Positions 45,658 to 53,579 of a stretch of 58,619 bases of DNA are shown piece after piece. Below the pieces are notes generated by a model that was given only the letters and a program-made list of their open reading frames with translations, had not been told where the DNA came from and made no database searches. This DNA is from Candidatus Bathyarchaeum sp. (lineage in GTDB: Archaea > Thermoproteota > Bathyarchaeia > Bathyarchaeales > Bathyarchaeaceae). The stretch spans positions 1 to 58,619 of the forward strand of contig JAFGGM010000071.1 in NCBI GenBank assembly GCA_016930555.1, written 5' to 3'. Numbering within the stretch: position 1 is the first letter of the stretch; every line of letters begins with the position of its first letter. A program made the translations under genes and the position numbers.

Positions 45658-46944
45658 TTAGTCCCTCGGTATGTTTTTTATTCTTCTTTGGAATTTCAGT
45701 TTTGCAGTTAATATTTTTTCTGTGCCAAAGAGCTTGGCTGCCACATATAACACTATGATAGTGAAGATTGCCATGTATGCTATTCCGCCAATTGCGCCGA
45801 CATAGTTTCCTGTGAAGGACACGTTGGCTGCCAGCATTGGATGAGTGAAGGGTATTGCAAGTAGTATAATTGAAAGAGGGAACGGTAACGCATTGATGTT
45901 TGTGAACATTGTGAAAATCATGGGAACAACAAACAGTATCGAGAGGGGACCTACTAGGGCTTGGGCTCCTCTCACGTCCTCGGCGAAGACTGATAACGAA
46001 ATTGCTAATGCTAAGGCTGAAAGAAGCGCCATAAACAATGAGACTCCAAGAATAATGTATGAGGCAAGGGATGGCGCCAATCCTATTGCTGCAAGGTCTA
46101 TGGTTATGTTTGAGGAAATTCCCATGAATGAATTCATGTAGTAACTAAAGCCGATAAGGTACGCTACTGCTCCGACAAGAGCTACAATTATTGAGCCTGT
46201 TAATTTGCCTGCTAGAATCATGGTCCGGTTAATTGGCAACGTTAGCAGCGTTTCTAGGGTTTTTTCCTCCTTTTCTGATGCTACTGCAGTGGCTGCAAGC
46301 TGCATGGCGAAGATGAGCAAAGTTATCATTCCGACTGGCATGATTGTGGTTTGAGAAAGCATTAAGCCGAAGAGAACATCGGGGCTAACATCTGCGCTTT
46401 TACCCTTAACTATCGATTTATCCTCTGACTTAATGGGATTTAGAATCTGTGTTGCGTTGGATTCAGGAAATCCTTCGCGGATTCTTTGGTCAAGAATTCC
46501 GCTCTCAAATATGTTGAGTAATGTGTTTACTGTAGATGAGCGTGTGGATTCGGCGATTCCACCGCCCCTGAATGGTGTGTAAACTGTTATGTCTGCGGTT
46601 TTGCCCTTAGTTATGTTTACGCTGAACCCTGACGGAATGATTATGAGGCTGGAGAGGTTCGAGTCTTGAACCTGAAGTAGCGCATCTTCTACGGAAATGT
46701 TGTCGAGATGTGTTACCGAAAAATTATTTGCCGTCATGAATGCTTGAAGGCTTAATGCAAACGAACCTTCGTCTTGGTCAATTAATGCTATGGAAGTTTC
46801 TCCTATGCTCTGTTGGGCTGTTTCCATGGATGTTTGGATAGCAAAGCCCATCAAAGGAAACATCACAAGAGGAATAATAATCATTGGAAGGAGAACCTTT
46901 GGGTCTCTGACTAGCTCCTTAATCTCCTTTAATATGATGTTCAT
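45658..46944 (-). CDS. ABC-2 type transporter permease
   Basis: MNIILKEIKELVRDPKVLLPMIIIPLVMFPLMG, large extracytoplasmic loop, then 5 C-terminal TM helices. ATG 46944 lies 7 nt after the ATPase stop. Confidence 0.82.
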   Translation of the reverse strand: MNIILKEIKELVRDPKVLLPMIIIPLVMFPLMGFAIQTSMETAQQSIGETSIALIDQDEGSFALSLQAFMTANNFSVTHLDNISVEDALLQVQDSNLSSLIIIPSGFSVNITKGKTADITVYTPFRGGGIAESTRSSTVNTLLNIFESGILDQRIREGFPESNATQILNPIKSEDKSIVKGKSADVSPDVLFGLMLSQTTIMPVGMITLLIFAMQLAATAVASEKEEKTLETLLTLPINRTMILAGKLTGSIIVALVGAVAYLIGFSYYMNSFMGISSNITIDLAAIGLAPSLASYIILGVSLFMALLSALALAISLSVFAEDVRGAQALVGPLSILFVVPMIFTMFTNINALPFPLSIILLAIPFTHPMLAANVSFTGNYVGAIGGIAYMAIFTIIVLYVAAKLFGTEKILTAKLKFQRRIKNIPRD

Positions 46945-46951
46945 TAAGTCA

Positions 46952-47713
46952 TTAAGCAAAGCCAACCACCTCCCCAAATACTTCTTCAAGATTAACTGCA
47001 TTGAATTTCTTTTTAAGTTCGTCTGGGGAACCTTGAGCAACAACTTTGCCCTTGTTAACTAGCGCCACGCGGTCGCAGAGATACTCCACTTCCAGCATGT
47101 TGTGGCTTGAAAGAAGAATGGTTACTTTATGTTCTTGTGCGTAACGTTTTATGATTGTACGAACATGAACTGAATGAAGCACATCCAAGCCGCTGTTAGG
47201 CTCATCTAGTATTGCCAACTTAGGTTTCGTCATTAGTGCTCTGGCAACCAGAAGGCGGCGTTTCATTCCTTTGCTGTAGCCCTTCACTTTATCTTTGAGG
47301 CGGTCTCCTAAACCAGAAATTTCAGAAGCTGCATCAACCAGTTTTCCTATGGCTGCTTTGTCGTTGGTTCTGAAGCTTGCCATAAACTTGAGGTACTCTA
47401 GGCCTGAAAGGTTTTTGTAGGCTCCAGCCTCTTCTGGAAGGTAGCTGATCATGTTACGGACTTCTGCTGCCTCGTCAACCACGTCGTGACCAAAAACGGT
47501 TACAGTGCCTGAAGTAGGCAATAGCAATGTTGATGTGATTCTGAGGGCTGTTGTTTTTCCTGCCCCGTTCAATCCGATTAAGCCGAAGATTTCCCCCTCT
47601 TTTATTGTAAAGTTTAAGCCGTCAAGAGCTGTGACTGACCCAAAATCTTTAACTAGATTTTTTGCTTCAACCGCAACACTCACAGAAAAATCTCCCACCC
47701 TTTTTGATTGCAT
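46952..47713 (-). CDS. ABC transporter ATP-binding protein
   Basis: 253 aa. Walker A GLNGAGKTT, signature-like YSKGMKRRL, Walker B LAILDEPNSGLD, H-loop SSHNM. Confidence 0.92.
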   Translation of the reverse strand: MQSKRVGDFSVSVAVEAKNLVKDFGSVTALDGLNFTIKEGEIFGLIGLNGAGKTTALRITSTLLLPTSGTVTVFGHDVVDEAAEVRNMISYLPEEAGAYKNLSGLEYLKFMASFRTNDKAAIGKLVDAASEISGLGDRLKDKVKGYSKGMKRRLLVARALMTKPKLAILDEPNSGLDVLHSVHVRTIIKRYAQEHKVTILLSSHNMLEVEYLCDRVALVNKGKVVAQGSPDELKKKFNAVNLEEVFGEVVGFA

Positions 47714-48270
47714 TAGAGGAGCATCTTTAATAAATCTGCTTTGGTTACGATGCCTACAACTGTTCCCTTCTTCGAAATCATAACCGCGGAATACACCTGC
47801 AGGAGGCTCGAAATCAGGGGTAACGGAGCGTCTTCTCCAACCAACGGAAAAGCTTCCTCCATGACCTCGCCTACGGAACGCTTGGAAATCTGGTTCAAGT
47901 CTTTGCCTGCCGAAACCTTTTCGATAATAGTCTTCTCTGATATGCTACCAACAGGGTGTACTCCATCAAAGATTGGAAGCTGAGAATAGCCATAATCTGC
48001 CATAGTTTGAACCGCCTGTGAGACAAGATCATTCTTCTGAATTCCAATAACCTTACTGTGCAGCACCTCATCGGCGCGAACTTCTTTTTCTGTTTGCAGT
48101 CGCTCCAGTGCATCAAATATTGCTTTAACTTTGGTGTAGGAGGGGTCAATTTTGTGGGATTCTAGTTTTGCGATTAGAGACTGGCTTACTCCTGCTAGCC
48201 TGGCAAGCTTTTGCTGGGTTAGTCCAAGAATTTTTCGTTTTTTGGCAACTTCTTTTAGTGAAGGTAGCAT
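47713..48270 (-). CDS. XRE-type HTH + CBS-pair transcriptional regulator
   Basis: 185 aa. HTH LTQQKLARLAGVSQSLIAKLESHKIDP followed by two CBS motifs. TAATG overlap with the ABC ATPase gene. Confidence 0.85.
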   Translation of the reverse strand: MLPSLKEVAKKRKILGLTQQKLARLAGVSQSLIAKLESHKIDPSYTKVKAIFDALERLQTEKEVRADEVLHSKVIGIQKNDLVSQAVQTMADYGYSQLPIFDGVHPVGSISEKTIIEKVSAGKDLNQISKRSVGEVMEEAFPLVGEDAPLPLISSLLQVYSAVMISKKGTVVGIVTKADLLKMLL

Positions 48271-48392
48271 AATCTGATTTTTGAAGCTCGGATTTATATT
48301 CCTTTTGGAATAATTATTTCAGTAAAATATTAAAATGGTAATGACGTTTGCTATGTCTCATAACAATAAGTGTGTTATAGGAGACTACGGAA

Positions 48393-49901
48393 ATGGCAGC
48401 CTCAAAAGAAGACAATAGGCGGACAATCGCGGAAATCAACCACAAAATCAAAACTGGCGACGTCCAGGTTGTAACCGCCGAAGAAATGAAAAAATTAGTG
48501 GAAAGCAGCGGCGTAGAAGTCGCATACAAAGAAGTTGATGTAGTTACTACAGGAACCTTCGGAGCCATGTGCTCATCAGGCGCCATAATAAACGTTGGGC
48601 ACTCAGACCCTCCCATCAAAATCCAGAAAGCATGGATAAACGATGTTGAGGTCAGTCACCCAGGTGCCGCAGTTGACCTGTATATAGGCGCCTCTCAAAT
48701 GTCCGGAACCAACCCCTTCGAGTATGGAGGCGGACACGTCATTGAAGATCTGATTGCAGGCAAAGAAGTTGAATTAAGAGCAATTTCCTATGGAACCGAC
48801 TGTTATCCCAGAACCAAACTAGATACCGTCCTCACAAAAGATGACCTGAACCAGTTTTATCTACTGAATTTCCGCAACTGTTACCAACGTTATGTCTGCG
48901 CCACCAACAGTCGCGACGAAATAATCTACACCTACATGGGTAAGCTGCTGCCAAGATTCAGAAACGCCACCTACTCTGGAGCAGGCGCCCTTAATCCTCT
49001 AATGAACGACCCTGACTACGAAACCATCGGTATAGGAACCCGCATATTCCTAGGTGGCGCACAAGGCTACGTCCTCGGAGAAGGCACTCAGCATGACCCA
49101 ACTAACAGATTTGGAACGCTGATGGTTCGAGGAGACTGCAAACAGATGAGCCCCGAATTCATTAGCGGAGGTGCCTTCACCAAGTATGGCACAAGCCTCT
49201 ATATTGGCATGGGCATTCCTATTCCTATACTAAATAAAGGGTTAGCGAAGAAGACAGCTTTGCGGGACGAAGAAATCTTCACGAACATTGTTGACTATGG
49301 GGTTCCTCGCCGGGAACGACCTAAGCTGGGCAAAGTCAGTTATGCCACCTTGAAGTCAGGTGAAGTGACAATCAATGACAGAAAAGTCAAAGTCAGTTCC
49401 ATGTCCAGTTTGAAGAAGGCAAAGAAGATTGCTGGGATATTGAAGTCATGGATCGAACACGGCACATTTTATCTGTCTGCTCCCTCTGAGACGTTGCCTA
49501 CAAACTCTGTATGTAATCCAATGAAGCAAGCTGGCGAGATAACCTTTGTTAGCACTGTGGCTCAGGCAGCTGTGACTTGCAGCGTCGGCGAAGACATCAA
49601 GGCTGTTGCCAAGCGAATCATAAACAAATCAGTGAATCATGTGGTTGTTACAGATGAAAGCGGAGCTCTCAAGGGCATAGTGACTTCTTGGGACCTCACG
49701 CGAGCAATCGCTGAAGGAAAAAGTAAGCTTGCTGACATCATCACAAAGAAGGTGTTTACTACAAGACCTGATGTATCACTGGAAGAGGCTTCAAGGAAGC
49801 TGGCACAGCATCACATATCTGCGTTGCCTGTGATAGACAGGGACAAGAAGGTTGTGGGTCTCATAACCTCTGAAGATATAGCCAAGTTGAGGGGAAGGTG
49901 A
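48393..49901 (+). CDS. homocysteine biosynthesis protein, COG1900 (DUF39) domain + CBS pair (L-aspartate-semialdehyde sulfurtransferase, MA1821/MJ0100-like)
   Basis: 502 aa. VDVVTTGTFGAMCSSGA and GGGHVIEDL are typical of COG1900. C-terminal CBS pair (VVVTDESGALKGIVTSWDL; ISALPVIDRDKKVVGLITSEDI). Confidence 0.85.
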   Translation: MAASKEDNRRTIAEINHKIKTGDVQVVTAEEMKKLVESSGVEVAYKEVDVVTTGTFGAMCSSGAIINVGHSDPPIKIQKAWINDVEVSHPGAAVDLYIGASQMSGTNPFEYGGGHVIEDLIAGKEVELRAISYGTDCYPRTKLDTVLTKDDLNQFYLLNFRNCYQRYVCATNSRDEIIYTYMGKLLPRFRNATYSGAGALNPLMNDPDYETIGIGTRIFLGGAQGYVLGEGTQHDPTNRFGTLMVRGDCKQMSPEFISGGAFTKYGTSLYIGMGIPIPILNKGLAKKTALRDEEIFTNIVDYGVPRRERPKLGKVSYATLKSGEVTINDRKVKVSSMSSLKKAKKIAGILKSWIEHGTFYLSAPSETLPTNSVCNPMKQAGEITFVSTVAQAAVTCSVGEDIKAVAKRIINKSVNHVVVTDESGALKGIVTSWDLTRAIAEGKSKLADIITKKVFTTRPDVSLEEASRKLAQHHISALPVIDRDKKVVGLITSEDIAKLRGR

Positions 49902-50320
49902 AGGAAATGGATAGAATACTACTAAGATTCAGTGAAGAAAACGTTGAGGAACCAATAACTTCGCAGGTGATTCTCGAGCTTGGAATCCCCATGAGAATCG
50001 TAACTGCCACCATCAACTCTCTCGGAGGCGACATTTTGGTGGAAGTTCCTAAAGTTCACCTCAAAAAGATAGTTCAAGCCTTCAAAGCCAAAGGCGTGGT
50101 TGTTAAGTTTCCAAAGCTCATAGAAGTCAACTATGATAAGTGCATTGACTGTGGCGCATGCTACGCTCTCTGTCCAGTGAATGCGATATCCTTCAAGGAG
50201 GACCACTCAATAGACTTCGACGAAGCCATTTGTATCGGTAGTCCCTGTGGCTTGTGTGTTGATGCTTGTCCAGCCAGAGCTATAACCCTTGTTGAGCAGC
50301 ATCGAAACAACCAAAAATGA
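49898..50320 (+). CDS. NIL-domain + 4Fe-4S ferredoxin protein (MA1822/MJ0099-like partner)
   Basis: NIL domain EPITSQVILELGIPMRIVTATINSLGGDILVEVP. Ferredoxin motifs CIDCGACYALCP and CGLCVDACP. GTG 49898 or ATG 49907. Confidence 0.85.
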   Translation: MKEMDRILLRFSEENVEEPITSQVILELGIPMRIVTATINSLGGDILVEVPKVHLKKIVQAFKAKGVVVKFPKLIEVNYDKCIDCGACYALCPVNAISFKEDHSIDFDEAICIGSPCGLCVDACPARAITLVEQHRNNQK

Positions 50321-51030
50321 CAAAACAGCACCTAATCAAAGAAGCTTTTCGCCTCAAGGAATCAAACTGCACCATAATCTCAGACCAAAAAAGCGGCATC
50401 GAAAAAGCAAAAAGTTCAATAAAACATCACAGAAAACAACTAGAAACATACGTAAACGAACATCCCCAATTTTTGCATTCTTTTGAACCCGTTCCCGTTG
50501 GCAGGGCACCAAAAGTGGCACAGTTGATGGCTGAGGCTTCCGCCAAAGCCAATGTAGGTCCTATGGCTGCTGTTGCTGGAGTCTTAGCTGACTTGGCAGT
50601 CCAAGAAATGATTGACAGTGGATGTAAGGTTGCAGTTATGGAGAATGGAGGAGAAGTCTCCGCGGTTTCAGACCAGCCAATAGACATAGGCTTTCAGGCA
50701 GGTGACGAACCTCTTTCACGGGAGATGGGCTTCAGATTAACGAAGTTTCCAGTAGGAGTTGCCACCAGCAGTGGGCGATTTAGTCATGCTTTTAGTTTTG
50801 GCGATGCTGATGCTGTCACAATTTTTGCTGTTGACGCTGGAGTTGCTGATGCTGCTGCTACTGCTGTAGCGAACTTGACTAAGGGCGATGATGTTCCCGA
50901 TGCAATCAGGCAGGGAATAGACGATGCCCTAAGCATAGATGGGGTTCAGGGCGTCTTCATACTATACCGCGGAGTTGTAGGAAGGGCGGGACAGGTTCCT
51001 GAGTTGATAAAAGTTAATCCAAAACAGTGA
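50317..51030 (+). CDS. UPF0280/COG2122 family protein (ApbE-like fold; MA1715-like)
   Basis: 237 aa. ATGA overlap with the upstream gene. GPMAAVAGVLADLAVQEMIDSGC ... VMENGGE. Confidence 0.75.
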   Translation: MTKQHLIKEAFRLKESNCTIISDQKSGIEKAKSSIKHHRKQLETYVNEHPQFLHSFEPVPVGRAPKVAQLMAEASAKANVGPMAAVAGVLADLAVQEMIDSGCKVAVMENGGEVSAVSDQPIDIGFQAGDEPLSREMGFRLTKFPVGVATSSGRFSHAFSFGDADAVTIFAVDAGVADAAATAVANLTKGDDVPDAIRQGIDDALSIDGVQGVFILYRGVVGRAGQVPELIKVNPKQ

Positions 51031-51326
51031 TTCTTTCTACCACAAAATTTTTGGTTGTATTTTCTACTCAATTCTTTGCTGTGGGAGAAATTGTTCAAAA
51101 AGCGGTTTACTAGGATTGCTCTTATGCGTGCATATAATTACTATTAGAGCCACAATAAACCCCTGATTTACGAACAAGAAAAGCATTTTTGTGAAGAAAT
51201 GTTAACCTACTAGACAATTCTCCAGTCAATTTTTTTAAGTAACAAACCTTTTCTGTTCTTCTATATACATTATTGTTTGGTGGTTACCCTTTGCCCAATT
51301 CGAGAGAGGAAGAGCCCTACTCGCTT

Positions 51327-52607
51327 ATGTTTTCATCTTTAAGTCATCCCGCTCGCCGCAAAATTCTTCGGCTACTAGCAGAGAAGCCTAGGAACTTCTC
51401 AACAATCCTAGAGACTTTGGGAATTTCCAGTTCCCATCTGACTTATCACCTTGAAAACCTTGGAGACCTTCTAACAAAACTGGATGATGGAACATACAAG
51501 CTCTCTCCTTTAGGAGACGCGGCTGTGTGTACGATGAGGGGTGTAGAAGAGCCGCCTGAAGCTCAGAAAAAGCACATGAAAATGCCCCTGAGTTGGAAAG
51601 CCATTTTTGCGGTTCTGATGATTGGCATCGTCATTTCTTCGGCTGTATCCGCTGCACAATATATGTCATTTAATCAGCTTTCCTCAGACTATCAGCAAAT
51701 ATCCAAAGATTATGAGCAGCTTCAAATGGATTATGAACAGTTATCCGTTGAGAATCAGCGGCTTATGTCTTGGGGCACTTCCCCAACTCCAGCGGTTGCT
51801 TTTCTAAGAGATGTAGTTCAGCTGGATTTGACAAAATATTCTTCAACTCTAGAAAGTGCCACTGTGGAGTACCGTTGGGATTTGGGCGGAATCGTTGAGG
51901 AGATTGTGAAGTGGTCTCTTACCTATGAGAGCAGCAAGCTAGATGTAACTTTCATATTTAGAAATTCTAGGCTTTACAGCTACTCTTTGAAAGTGACTGA
52001 GGGTTCACCATACTACTTTGAGCTACCGCCAATTCGACTAATTGATGCAGCTAAAGGTATTCTTGAAAGGTACCAGCAATATTCTGGAACATCCCATTTG
52101 GATCCGATGATAAGCATGCTGGAGGCAGTTAATACTGATGGAAATTTTGCACAAACAACGGGCAACATTAAGCTTATCCGAAGTGGAACAACAGAAACTA
52201 AAATCGAGTTCCAGTATACAACAAATAACATCGACTATCAAGCAAAAACCGTGGTCTTAACCTTTGACGAATATGGATTTTTGGACTCCCTCAGTGACAG
52301 CTGGCTTCTTTTCAATATAGGTAGCACACAAGTCACCATATCAAAGGAAGAAGCAATAGATATTGCAATGGAATACGCACGGAACTGCACATGGACAGCA
52401 AACGGCGAAACGATAAGCAATTTCATCTTAGAGAAAGATGATGCAACAGCAGAATTATGGCCCCATGTGAGAGATGAACCCCTAACGTTGATACCTTATT
52501 GGTACGTCACTATCCCTCTGGATGGAATTTATCCTGAACAGGTTACCTTTATTGCAGTAGGATTATGGGCTGACACAGGAAAATTCAGTAGCTGCCAACC
52601 CAAATAG
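51327..52607 (+). CDS. membrane-anchored ArsR-type winged-HTH protein with large extracytoplasmic domain
   Basis: wHTH LSHPARRKILRLLAEKPRNFSTILETLGISSSHLTYHLENL. Single TM WKAIFAVLMIGIVISSAVSAA. Coiled DYQQISKDYEQLQMDYEQL repeat. About 290-aa C-terminal domain. ATG 51327 (GAGAGAGGAAGAG upstream, TATA at 51261) preferred over TTG 51273. Confidence 0.7.
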   Translation: MFSSLSHPARRKILRLLAEKPRNFSTILETLGISSSHLTYHLENLGDLLTKLDDGTYKLSPLGDAAVCTMRGVEEPPEAQKKHMKMPLSWKAIFAVLMIGIVISSAVSAAQYMSFNQLSSDYQQISKDYEQLQMDYEQLSVENQRLMSWGTSPTPAVAFLRDVVQLDLTKYSSTLESATVEYRWDLGGIVEEIVKWSLTYESSKLDVTFIFRNSRLYSYSLKVTEGSPYYFELPPIRLIDAAKGILERYQQYSGTSHLDPMISMLEAVNTDGNFAQTTGNIKLIRSGTTETKIEFQYTTNNIDYQAKTVVLTFDEYGFLDSLSDSWLLFNIGSTQVTISKEEAIDIAMEYARNCTWTANGETISNFILEKDDATAELWPHVRDEPLTLIPYWYVTIPLDGIYPEQVTFIAVGLWADTGKFSSCQPK

Positions 52608-52624
52608 ACTGTAGCCTAAAAGAC

Positions 52625-53371
52625 CTACTTTTCCCTCTTCTTCATCATTCGTATTAGCAGAACAGCTATAATTGCAACAGTCGCTACCACTGCTATTATT
52701 TTGGCATAAAATACAATATTATCTATCTCCGAATTGTCGCTTGCGTTTGGGTCAATCCAACGATTTGTTGCAGATATCATAACCTTCTGTGCAATTTCAG
52801 TACCATTCAAAACTTGTTCTGATTGCAGGAAAATTCCTGTAGGCTTGTCCCAGTACACTTTTTTTTCGGTAAATGTTGCGTAAAAAGCGGTTCTTGTTCC
52901 GCCGGCATAAGTACTTTCTTCTGTTCCAGCAATTGTTATGTTGCCGTAGTCTTCGTGATAGAACACGTCAGCGTATTTGAGCCCTGCGGGAACAACTAGG
53001 AGATTTAGAACCCCCGATTTAAGGTCATAAGTGTGATTACTTGTGGTGGTTGTTCCGTTTAACATCTCATATATCATTTTACCTGTTATGCTTGTTCCTT
53101 GAACGTCTGTGATTTGGAATTTGAACCAGTTTGCGTATTCCTCTGGAGGGTCACCACTTCCCACATATGTTACGTTGTATTCCATCCAGTCTCCAGCTTT
53201 CACTCCCACTGTAACATTCGCATTAACTGTGCTCCCTGTAAGCGCCACTTTAGCTGCTGTGTCAGGAGTTAATTCCACAACTGTTGGCGAAGCATCCACA
53301 AGTGCTGTGGTAGTTAAAATCAGAACTAAAAATGCAACCAATGAGGTATTAGTAACATGTGTTTTCATCAA
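52625..53371 (-). CDS. secreted, C-terminally anchored surface protein rich in N-glycosylation sequons
   Basis: 248 aa. Signal peptide SLVAFLVLILTTTALVDA. At least nine N-x-S/T sequons (NVT, NGT, NHT, NIT, NAS ...). C-terminal TM IIAVVATVAIIAVLLI + RMMKKREK. Confidence 0.65.
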   Translation of the reverse strand: MMKTHVTNTSLVAFLVLILTTTALVDASPTVVELTPDTAAKVALTGSTVNANVTVGVKAGDWMEYNVTYVGSGDPPEEYANWFKFQITDVQGTSITGKMIYEMLNGTTTTSNHTYDLKSGVLNLLVVPAGLKYADVFYHEDYGNITIAGTEESTYAGGTRTAFYATFTEKKVYWDKPTGIFLQSEQVLNGTEIAQKVMISATNRWIDPNASDNSEIDNIVFYAKIIAVVATVAIIAVLLIRMMKKREK

Positions 53372-53509
53372 TTATTCCTCTGAAGGGTAGGTGTTGTTTT
53401 AATGGTTTAGACCTGATATTTACCATTTTTTGTATTCCATCACGTTCTGGCTAGGTCCTTTTTGGCACGTTTCAATTTGTTACGCTATTATTATATCTTG
53501 TTTTATGTT

Positions 53510-53522
53510 ACAGATTTTTATA
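53510..53522 (+). promoter_or_regulatory. putative BRE/TATA element upstream of the HTH-NrdD-like gene
   Basis: ACAGATTTTTATA 58 nt upstream of ATG 53580. A near-identical ACAGAATTTTATA occurs at 55966. Confidence 0.35.
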
Positions 53523-53579
53523 GGATACTTTAATTTTTTAAACTAGACAACTGTAATAGCAGGTAACGGAGACTCGACA

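Noticed and set aside
51031-51272. 43-codon minus-strand ORF (MLFLFVNQGFIVALIVIICTHKSN…) in the spacer after the COG2122 gene
   Set aside because: It is a single hydrophobic stretch with no upstream ribosome-binding or TATA signal that I could see. Too short to support without conservation data.
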